Below, piece after piece: positions 53,313-64,000 of a stretch of 64,000 nt of DNA (within the stretch, counting starts at the first letter, position 1; each line of letters begins with the position of its first letter). Source of the stretch: Eledone cirrhosa (lineage: Eukaryota); contig OZ024757.1 of NCBI GenBank assembly GCA_964016885.1, forward strand, positions 12,276,001-12,340,000. The letters run 5' to 3'. The notes beneath the pieces were generated by a model that worked only from the letters and a program-made list of their open reading frames with translations, made no database searches and was not told where the DNA came from. Made by a program: the position numbers and the translations under genes.

Positions 53313-53752
53313 TATCTCTCTCTCTCTCTTTCCCCTCTCACACAGTCTTCTCTCTCTCTCTTTTTCTTTCTTTCCCCTCTCACACAGCCTTCTCTCTCTC
53401 TTTCTCTTTCTCTTTCTTTCCCCTCTCACACAGCCTTCTCTCTCTCTCTCTATCTCTCTTTCTTTCCCCTCTCACACAGCCTTCTCTCTCTCTCTCTCTC
53501 TCTTTCCCCTCTCACACAGCCTTCTCTCTCTCTCTCTCTCTTTCCCCTCTCACACAGCCTTCTCTCTCTCTCTCTCTTTCTTTCCCCTCTCACACAGCCT
53601 TCTCTCTCTCTCTCTCTCTTTCTTTCCCCTCTCACACAGCATTCTCTCTCTCTCTCTCTCTCTCTATCTCTATCTTTTCCTCAAATACAACCTTCTCTCT
53701 CTCTTTCTTTCACCTCTCACACAGCCTTCTCTCTCTATCTATCTATCTCTCT
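53095..53752 (+). repeat. Pyrimidine-rich minisatellite TTTCCCCTCTCACACAGCCT(TC)n
   Basis: Direct read. Confidence 0.93.
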
Positions 53753-54769
53753 CTGGAGATTTTTTAACACAAAGTCACACAAGGATTAGAAAAATGGTGA
53801 TAATCACTGTGAAGTAACAATTATGCAATAAATAGTTGTTATTGCCACGTCTCGCATCCTCCTTTGGCAATGTGCAAAATGTTAGCGAGATCGAGTGAAC
53901 AATACACAAGTTATAATACTTTAGAGACGGGACTTATATAGTAGATGTAGCAAAATGTGTAGATTACGATTCTTGAGACGAGATTAAAATATACGATTAT
54001 GGGATATTTTAAGAAGACGAGTACATGTTTGACTAGATTTAGCTGCTTTTTCTAGCATTTTTAGTTATACTTTGAAGCAAATTTTATTTGTTACTATTAT
54101 ATTAAAAGTTATCTGGTTACGTTATTTGACTGGTATTTCTAGCATTTTACAAGGACCACGTGTGATTTTTATTTGAGGAAGATATAGTTGTTATTTCTGA
54201 TATTTACTTCCTCAAGTTAGTTGCTATTTCCTGCATCCTCTTGAAGACAAGGAATAATAATGAATTAGCTGCTGTTTCTAGTAGGTTCTATGGTAGTGAT
54301 GAGCGTGGGAGGGAGGTTTGACTGCTATTTTTAGCAGGTTCTAAGGCATTGAGGTTTATGTTTTACGAGAGATTTGGCTGTTATAATGGTGAGAGAGTAT
54401 AAGATATACAGAGAGAGGGAGTATAAGATATAGAGAGAGGGGGAAACCGCCGATGTTTACGTTGAGAAAACCTAATAAAATGTTATAAATGTGTTTATAA
54501 AGAACAGAATGAGATAAACAAGACAAAGTAAGATAAAATAAAGCAGCTGTAAGGATATTATACGATATATTTATAATATTTTAATATATTTTCCCTGGTC
54601 GTCTGCTGCCATTGATTGAGAGAGGAGTGGTGGGAGGTAGCCATAACAACTGTGGTAGCAGCACTGAGGTTTGTTTTTAAAGAAGTGAATACAAGAAAAA
54701 CAAGCAACAAATTTAATTGACTAAAATTAGTTTAAACCTCTAAATCTTAAGAATATTAAATCTCTTAAG

Positions 54770-56669
54770 TCCTTAAGATGTGTATGACGAGAAAGAAGAC
54801 GTTTTTGAGTCGTATGACATAGATGATAACTGGAATTTCTTACTTGACAACTTACTGCAGGCTACTGAAGAAACTTGTGGCTGGAGCAGAGCTCCAACCA
54901 GACAGAGAGTGACCTGGTGGTGGAACAGCACAGTAGATAAGCCATTAGAGACAAAAGACTAGCATGGAAGGCTTGGAAAAATGGTGGGAGTAGAGACCGA
55001 TACACAGCTGCTAAGAAAGAAGCTAGACGTCAGGTGTACTTAGCACGCACGGAGGCTGAGAGTAGGAGGTTTGCCAATGTTCTGTGAGGGGAAGATCAGA
55101 GGCGTGCGGTGTTCCACATTGCAAGGCAGTGTGTCAGTGTAAATCAGGATGTTGTTGGAGATAAGTGTGTCCGGAATGATGCCAGTGTACTTAGTGTTAC
55201 GACTTATCAAAAATAGGAGGCCTGGAAATGTCATTATGAGAGGCTGATGAATGTGGAGAATGAATGGGAGAGAGGGAAACTATCCCCAGTAGACCCGACA
55301 GAGGGACCAGCTATTGAGATTGGCGAATATAGTGTACAAGAGGCAATTAAAGAAATGAAGAATGGTTAGGCAGCTGGACCATCCGGGATAGTTGCTGAGA
55401 TGCTGAAGCCATCAGAAGTAGGCACTAAACTGGTTGCACACATCATATGGTGGTGTCATACCCAAAGCCTGTTGCAGCAGTATTCTCATAAATTGGTACA
55501 AAGGTAAAGGGGATGCTCTGGAGAGGAGCAATTATATGGGCATAAAGCTGATGGATCAGGTTATGAAAGTGGCAGAGAGAATATTAGCACATCAGTTGTG
55601 CTAATAGAGAAAGGGTCAAATTAGATGAGATGCAGTTTGGTTTTGTGCCTCAGAAATGTACAAAAGATGCCCTCTTCTTAGTGAGACAATTATAAGACAG
55701 GCTCTTAGAGAAGAATAAGCCACTATACTTAGCTTTTGTTGACCTAGAGAAGGCCTTTGATAGGGTACCTCGTGCTGTCATCTGGTGGTCCCTAAGGAAA
55801 CAAGGTGTAGAGGAATGGCTTGTGAGGACAGTGCAAGCTATGTTCAGGGATGCTATCAGTAAATTGAGAGTAGCAATGGGGTCTAGTGAGGAGTTCCGGA
55901 TACAAGTAGGTGTACATCAGTGTTTGGTCCATAGCCCATTCTTGTTCATTATAGTCCTCCAAGCCATAACAGAGGAGTTTAAGACTTGATACCCATGGGA
56001 ACTTCTCTATGCTGAATCTGGTTCTTATAGCAGAATCAGTAGAGGAGCTAGAGAATAAATTCTGGCTATGGAAACAGCAGTTGGAACAAGAGGACTGAGA
56101 GTGAACATAGAGGAACTGAGAGGACAATACTCTGATTCCATCAGGGAAATGGCCATGTTCGATATGCAGAAAAGGAACTGGCATAAATGCTATAAAATGT
56201 ACGTAATGCAGATCTTAGGTACACAAGAGATGTAGCGGGATAGCAGGCAAACTAACAGATAGGGAGAAATATGTATGCAGTACATATACAGGGAAATTAG
56301 ACAGTAGAAGTCGAATTGATAGACACATTTTTCCAATGCATGTGGCTCTATAGAAGTGGTTGATAGCTTCCGGTACCTAGGTGATCAGATTAGCATGGGA
56401 GGAGAGTGTTCCGAGGCCATAGTATCTAGAATAAGGACGGGTTGGAAGAAGTTTAGGGAGCTGCTTCCTCTGTTGACAAAGAAGGGTTTCTCCCTGCGTA
56501 CGAAAGGCCGGTTATATGATGCCTGTGTGAGATGTGCAATGCTGCATGGTAGTGAGACATGGGCAGCAACTACAGAGGAATTACCTACAGAGGGCTGTGA
56601 CAAGTGGAGAGATGCTGTGCTGAATAGGACCCCACCCCCTTGCAAGCAGAGAAAAGTGCACGTAAAATA

Positions 56670-56697
<28 letters not shown>
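54770..56697 (+). mobile_element. Decayed RTE LINE with internal deletion and (ATG)n tail
   Basis: TWWWN, KGKGD, FVDLEKAFD, FRYLGD, MLHGSETW remnants. 3' tail shared with the SINE. Confidence 0.85.
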
Positions 56698-56700
<3 letters not shown>

Positions 56701-57259
56701 TAAGCATAACAAAAGTCTATAAAAGCTAGTGCATGGATCAAATATAAATTTAAGAATGTAAAAATAAATTTTCAAAGTATATTTTTAATATATTTATAAT
56801 AAAAAGTTCAACTACATCTTTCAGTCTTAAGTATATAGATAATCTGTTATACTTCAAATGTAATAATTGTTTCTACATTTGGCACAAGGCCAGCAATTAC
56901 CCCAGTGCATTACTGGTACTTTATTTTATCGAACCCGTAAGGATGAAAGGCAAATTTTTCCTCGGCATGATTTCAACTCAAACAGTAAAGGGCCGTAACT
57001 CCATGCTGCAAAGCATGGTGTCCAACCCTCTACCAATCCACTGCCCTAGTCAAGGTGTAATAATAACAATAATAATATTAGGGCTAATGATTATACAACT
57101 AGAGAATTATTTTTAAAATTATTAATAATAATTTTACAATAATATATTACCAAATACAATAAAATAATTTATCAATGTAGAGTAAAAAGCTGAATATTAT
57201 TAAAATTTATAAAAAAATTAATACAAAAAATGTTATCAAAAAATGTTATTAGTAAATTA

Positions 57260-57345
57260 TATTTCAGCTCTGTATTATATTTGTTGTTTTACATTGAGCT
57301 ATTGTCATACTTGTAATTGGATAATATTTAATATTACCCACATTA
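57260..57345 (+). mobile_element. PLE-type tail remnant
   Basis: AGCTC-TGTA...TACA-TT-GAGCT (57266-57300) plus a second hairpin, then TA repeat. Confidence 0.5.
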
Positions 57346-57360
57346 TATATATGTATATAT

Positions 57361-57600
57361 CCAGGGAGTGTAACACGGAGTTACTGTAGGTTCATCTGGG
57401 TGAGCACTCCATCTTTAGGTTCACGTCTGTAGTGAAGTGTAGAGCTAGACAGAGTGTAATACAAGGTTACTCCTTCATTACTTTTATTGGTTGGTGACAC
57501 ATGTTTCGTTATTGATCAGCTCATGGTTTGATCTGTATTGATACAGATCAAACCATGAGCTGATCAATAGTGAAACGTGCGTTACCAACCAATCTAAACT
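57361..57600. mobile_element. Small head-to-head palindrome (57486-57593) of hammerhead 3' halves with left tail
   Basis: ATGA-GC..-GAAAC-nnnn-GT(C/T)-ACCAACC in both arms, AATAAA in the left arm. Confidence 0.55.
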
Positions 57601-58659
57601 ATAATAAAGGAAGACCTGCGGGACTGCGTACGGTTTTTTTTTTATACCGTTAGTGAAATAAGTTGGATTACTTTGAATAAATAATGAATGAATATTACAT
57701 AATTTATCTACTAAATTTCGTAAAAATTAATATTTAAAATAGTCTTTTCAAAGTTGCACTTCCGGTATATCGTTGCCACCACCACCACCACTTCAGCAAC
57801 CATATATATATATAGAAAGAGAGAGTGTAATGTCAACACTTCCGGTATATCGTTGCCACCACCACCACCACTTCAACTACCATATATATAGAAAGAGAGA
57901 GTGTGTGATGTCAACACTTCTGGTGGCAATCACTTCAATAAACATACTAATTTTCTGTCACTAATTTTCTCCTAATGCAGTTTATATATAATATCGTCTT
58001 TTTTAATGTATCATGGATTACGTTACTGATTAAATAAGATATTGTAACACAGTCTTCGTTCAATTTCTGTGTATTATATATTGTCAATTGCGATTTTATT
58101 TGATGTATCATATCTACATGTATATATATATATACTTGCGTATACCTGTGTATAATATCAATATACACACTACACATGCTAGCAGAAAATAATAATAATA
58201 TTAATATATATTGATGAACATTTATTATGGTGAAATATGTTGGAAATCATTCTCAGAGGTTTTGTATTGTAATCCACAAATACTCTCTGGAGGAAGTTCT
58301 ACTTCATATTATTTGTCATTAAGGTTTCTAATAGAAACACTTCATTTCATTATTGAGGCTGGTGGATTGGCAGAATCCCTTTAAAATCCTACTGAGGTTA
58401 GCTTTAATTTTCTTCCTCACAGGTTCAGTAAAATAAAGTACCAGTAATCCACTGGGGTTGATTTAATCAACTTTCTCCTATTACAATTACTGGCCTTGAG
58501 TTAAAAGTAGAAACAGTTATTTAAAGTCTATAAAACAATGGATAGAATGCCTTCTGCCATATTTGTTCTGGTTCTCTGCTCTCTGAGTTTAAATCCTGCT
58601 GAGGTCAACTTTGCCTTTCATCCATTCAAGGTTGATAAAAACAATACCAGTCTACCACT

Positions 58660-59008
58660 GTTGTCTGTTCTTCCTCTCTATATTTTTATCTCACTTCCTC
58701 CCTCTTATTCTCTCTCCTTCTCTGGAAGAAATCAACTGTTCCAACCTGGTGAGGGAATGGCTCCACCAGGCTTCAAATGTCCACAGTGACACCCCTATGA
58801 CTACATTATTAAAAAACAAAACAAAAGAATTATGTGTTTATTTTGTAAACCTTAACTGGTTTATATTTATGACAAAATATCCACATTTATGTGTAAATAT
58901 AAACAATTCTATAACTTTAATAATTGTTGGATGGTACTTTCATGACAATTCAAATTAGGACTTTTTAAAAATATAATTCACATTTGAAAATACTTTACAA
59001 CTTTCTTC
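58660..59008 (+). repeat. Unclassified interspersed repeat, inverted copy at about 63636-63997
   Basis: TTCCAACCTGGTGAG..GCTTCAAATGTCCACAGTGACACCCCTATGACT present in both orientations. Confidence 0.75.
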
Positions 59009-61310
59009 TCTTTTTCTTCAGCCATTTATTTCTGAGAGGGTTGTAGGGGTAGAGTCCTCACACACCCCTTCTAGGTCCTATGTGTGTAAAATTTCCTCTT
59101 TACAACAACACATCACTCTGCACACACACACACATACACACACCACATCAAAAGACCACAATACACACCCCCATCCCACACAATAGACACACATCATACC
59201 ACACCCCACCACATACCGCACCACAACACATACAAACCAGGTGGTTATACCAACCCAGTATCTTGGTTTTAGTGATATTTTTGTAACAAATTTCAACATC
59301 CCACACCTTAGCAAGTGGAGTGGAACTCGTCAGATTGGACATTAAATGATGAGCTGTGACATCATTGGTGTCAACCTGTTTCAGCCATACCTTTGGACAA
59401 CAATGTATATATATAGAGAAATCATATATATATATGTGTGTGTGTGTTCTAGAGACTAGGTACAGGGGTGGGTCTGCTAAATTCATTTTGAGTAAAAAAA
59501 AAGATGCTATAAACTTTTCTGGATGGGAAATGACAATCGGCTGGGTGGAGTAGGAATTATGTTAGCAGAGAAACGGGTAGATAAGGTAATTGCCATAAAG
59601 AGTAAACGACAGAATAATTAAAATAAGACTAGATCTAAATAGAACAACTATGACAATAATATCCACTTATGCACCCCAATCTGGCCTACCTGACGTAATA
59701 AAAGACAGGTTCTTTGATTTTCTAATGCTCACTTCCTCCCAAATAACAGACAGTGACTGCGTAATTATTGCTGGTGACCTAAATGGTAACATTGGACAAC
59801 ATAGTGATGGCTATGATGGAATCCATGGAGGCTATGGGTTTGGTACTAGAAATGAGGAAGGCTTCAGAATCCTGGAATTTTGTGATGCTAATAACCTAAC
59901 TATCTATAACACAAACTTCAAAAAACAAGACAATGATTTGGTCACCTATAGATCAGGGGAACACGCCAGATAGATTATATCCTTACTAGAAGACATGACA
60001 GAGTGTTTGTTGTTAACACTAAGTCCCTCCCCCGTGATGAATGCACCTCCCAACATAGCCTAGTAGTTAGTGACCTCATAGTCAGGACTAGACGTACTCG
60101 ACGACAGAGGAGTACTACCTTAAGGAGGAGATGGAAGTTGAAGACCTTAAGGAGAAGATGGAAGTTGAAGGACCTCACAGCCAGTAACAAATTTAAAAGC
60201 ATATTAGTTAATGCTTTTGACAGTAAAGAGGTGCAATTAGAGACATACAATATAGAGGAACAGTGGCAATACTTGAAAGTTAACCTGCTGAAGGCGACAG
60301 ATGAAATCTGTTGTTGGAGCAGACCTATAGGCAGGAGAAGAGTTACTTGGAGGTGGAGGAGACAATCAGGCTTGAAAAGTATTGTGGGATGGGGAAAGTA
60401 GAGAAAACTATTAGGTGGCTAGGAGACAATTGTACTTTGCAAGAATGGAAGCAGAGAATAGAAAGATCTAGCATGTTCTACAACGTAAGGTGTTCAGGAT
60501 CGCAAAACAAAGTGTCAAGGAAAACCTTGATATTGTTAGGGGGAAGTGTGTCTGTAATGATGATGGTGTACTTGCCCTCACTGATACTGATAAGAAGGTA
60601 GCTTGGAAGTGTCACTACGAGAGACTACTAAATCAGGAGTATAAATGGGAAAAAGATAGTCTGCCCCAAATCGATCCAATAGAGGGACCAGCGTTGCAAG
60701 TTAATGGTAGTATAGTAAGTAAGACAATCAAAGATATGAAGACGGGCAAGGCAGCTGGGTCTTTGGAGATAGTTGTTGAGATGTTGAAAGCATCTGGAAT
60801 GGTGGAACATACTATGGACACCAAGATAGTAAACCAAATAATACAGAATGGGGTCATACCAGATGACTGGCGTATCAGCATCATCGTTAACTGCTACAAG
60901 GGTAAAGGAGATACCCTAGATAGGGGAAACTATAGAGGAATTAAGGTAGTTGACCAGGTCATGAAGGTCACAGAAAGAGTTATGGCACAACTAATCAGAG
61001 ACCAAATTGATCTAGATGAAATGTAGTTTGGGTTCGTGTCAGGTAAAAGTACCACAGATGCTTTTTTGCTGGTACAGCAACTACAGAAGTAGCAAGCTAA
61101 AAGTAAACCCCTTATACTTAGCTTTTGTTGACTTGTAGAAAGCCTTTGACAGTCACACCCGCTCCATTATCTGGTGGGCCCTTAGAAATGTAGGAGTAGA
61201 TAAATGGCTTGTGAGAGCTATACAAGCCATGTATATAGAAACAGTCAGTAAGGTTAGAATTAACAATGAATATAGTGAAGAATTTAGTATAAAAGTAGGT
61301 GTTCAGCAAG

Positions 61311-62069
61311 ACATTCCGCGGGATAATATACATTCTCTGTGCGTTATTTGGCTCAGCCCAGCCAATGACCGGCAGCGGAGGAGAATGTATCTCTACGCGC
61401 CCTGCAAGGAAAATTCCCGCGTCAACTCGAGAAATCGCTCTCTTGCAGCTCGACAGCGCTAAGGTAAACAACTGCTTTTCTTTCACCGTGAAATCACTGA
61501 CCAATATGTAACACAACAACATAACCACGGCCTGGCAACACTTCAGCCAGTAGACCGTGCCTTCTGAAAATCTTAATTTGTTTGTTTTATCTCTCTTGGC
61601 ATGTCAGCTCTACTCAGCTCTACTCAGGTCTACTCATCTCTACTCAGCTCTACCCAGCACTACTCATCTCTACTCAGTTCTACACAGCCTTACTCAGCTC
61701 TACTTAGTTCTACATAACCTTACTCAGCTCTACACAACCTTACTCATCTCTACACAGCTCTACAGAGCTCTACTCATCTCTACACAGTCTACACAGCCTT
61801 ACTCAGCTTTACACAGCCTTACTCAGCTCTACACAGCTCTACTCAGCTCTACACAGCTCAACTTTTGTTAATAAATAATGTAAAACAAGCTAAAGTAGTT
61901 GTCAATGTTCCTACCATAACTTTCTACCGAACTAGTTACTCGTGGCGCTATATCTATTACATTACTACTTCTATAACTCTACTAAACTGGTGATTAATAA
62001 AACTGCTACAATCTAACATATATGATACACAGCACATCTTTCTGTTAAAAGTGGTGACCCCGACGTGAT
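61311..62069 (+). mobile_element. Probable LTR (with internal CTCTACTCAG minisatellite 61605-61860) followed by PBS, without internal region
   Basis: Insertion into the RTE, AATAAA signals, PBS at the 3' end. Confidence 0.55.
62052..62069 (+). promoter_or_regulatory. tRNA-Trp primer binding site TGGTGACCCCGACGTGAT
   Basis: 18-nt complement of the metazoan tRNA-Trp 3' end including CCA (recalled sequence), the primer type used by CsRn1-clade Ty3/gypsy elements. Confidence 0.75.
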
Positions 62070-62984
62070 GGACATATTTTGCTACACATATATATATGTA
62101 TATACGGTATATATATGTATATATGGTACATATATGTATATACGGTATATATATATAGTACACAAAAGATATAATGGGAAAGTGAGTAGTCTAACTGGAA
62201 GAGAGATTTTCGCATGTAGATGAGGCACAGCAGAACTTGAGAGGAAAAGTGCTACTGTTATAAACCGTTTCCAGTCACAGGAAGGATATATAGATATGGT
62301 TGATAGCTTCTGCTATCTAGGTGACCTAATCAGCAGCAGAGGAGGGTGTGCCAAGAGTAGAGTGGCTTGAATAAGGATAGGATGGAAGTTTAGTGAACCT
62401 GTCCTACTGCTGATAACATAAGGTTTCTCCCTACACACAAAAGGAAGGGTATATGAAGCCTGTGTGCGATACTCCATGGTAGAGAAACATGGGCTGTGAC
62501 TGAAGAGGACGTGATTAGACTGGAGAGAAATGACGCAACCATGTTTTGTTGGATGTGCAATATATATTTGGGAGAAAGGCAGAGCTTGGATGAGCTGAGG
62601 GAGAAGCTGGGTTTAAGGGGAATCTGAGATGGTGTACAGGAGATACAACTGCAATACTATGGACATGTGATGTACATGGACAGTGACTGAAGGGTGAAGA
62701 AATGTCAGGAAATCCTAGTGGAAGGAAGACACAGTAGAGGACGACCAAGAAAGTCAGGGGCAAATGTTGTGAGAGACGAAATCAAATCGCTAAAACTGGC
62801 AGAGATGACGAAGGAACATATCTAGTGGAGAGATGCCATGCTGAGAAGGACCTGTACAACTGTTGCAAGCATGTAAAAGAAGATATAATGATGCTACACA
62901 AAATATACACGATATATATAAATAATATGTGTATAGTGTATGTAGCACATATACACAAAATATACACTATTTTTTCATTTTTCA

Positions 62985-63305
62985 CATTTCATTTTACGTC
63001 CGCTTTTCCCTGCTTGCAAGGGTGGGACGGGAACTGATTCTGGCTTGATTTCTACAGATGGATGCCCTTCCTAACACCAACCTCATTTACAGTGAGTGCT
63101 GGGTGCTTTGTTGCCGTGGCACCTCCACGACCACTTTGCAGTGGAATGATAGGGACCCTAGTCCCTATCATCTCATTTCTACTGGAGCAATGTGAAATAA
63201 AGTCTCTTGCTCAAGGAAACAACACATCACCCGGTCTGAGAATTGAACTCACAACCTTTCGATTGCAAGACCAATGCTCTAACCACTAAGCCATGTGCCT
63301 CCTAC
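62985..63305 (-). mobile_element. tRNA-derived SINE with RTE tail
   Basis: Close reverse-complement copy of 24397-24742. Confidence 0.85.
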
Positions 63306-64000
63306 CATATATATACTGCATATACAGAGTATATGCTACATATAGACAATATATAAACTATATATATACTACATAGACATTATATATAACGTTGTCCAAG
63401 GGAATAGCTAAAACAACTTGGCACCAATGACATCATAGATCATCATTTAATGTCTACTTTCCCTGCTAGCAAGGGTGGGACAGGTCTTTACAAACCAGGG
63501 AGAAATGGGAGAACACATCACTCTTACATATGGTCCCACATTCTACTGAGTGTATTTTATTGTGGCACCAGTACTAAAGAGGTTGTCATGTCTTTTACAG
63601 AACTGAAGGGTCCTACCAAACCTTTGTTTGGCAAGAGAAGAAAGTTGTAAAGTATTTTCAAATGTGAATTATTTTTAAAAAAAGTCATAATTTCAACTGT
63701 CATGAAAGTACCATCAACAAATATTAAAGTTATAAAATTGTTTTCATTTACACATAAATATGGATATTTTGTCATAAATATGAATATAAACCAGTTAGTG
63801 TTTGTAAAATAACACATATAAACACATCAATCTTGTTTTGTTTTTCTTGCACTGATGGAGTCATAGGGGTGTCACTGTGGACATTTGAAGCTTGGTGGAG
63901 CCCTTCACTCACCAGGTTGGAACAGGTGATTTCTTCCAGAGAAGGAGAGAGAATGAGAGAGAGGAAGTGAGATAGAAATATAGAGAGGATGAACAGACCC

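Larger units (their letters stand above)
59440..62890 (+). mobile_element. Decayed RTE LINE (APE and RT), interrupted at 61311-62155
   Basis: YAPQ, GDLNG, GGYGFG.RN.EG, YKGKGD..NYRGI, GVQQ. Resumes at VHKR about 62158. Confidence 0.85.

Overview
AT-rich, microsatellite-saturated animal genomic DNA. The SINE, RTE and Penelope repertoire suggests a cephalopod such as Octopus (inference). Most of the window is mobile DNA: several families of GIY-YIG Penelope-like retroelements (PLEs), decayed RTE LINEs and their partner SINEs, a CRE-like fragment, Helitron ends, and an LTR with a tRNA-Trp primer-binding site. One host-like locus is present at about 31.3-36.9 kb: an apparently intronless, about 1,870-codon multi-beta-propeller/coiled-coil gene broken by 3 frameshifts and 1 stop. 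The main structural signal is that PLE insertions form head-to-head palindromes (arms about 0.05-2.9 kb), usually with both 3' ends in (TA)n. Their 3' ends carry canonical and variant type I hammerhead ribozymes. Downstream lies a conserved, covarying 2-nt-bulge hairpin (RCTC-stem-loop-stem-NN-GAGY) shared by otherwise dissimilar families. In five palindromes the shorter arm ends 3-11 nt 5' of this hairpin, suggesting an RNA element that positions a second priming event. All folds and coordinates were read by eye and none were computed.
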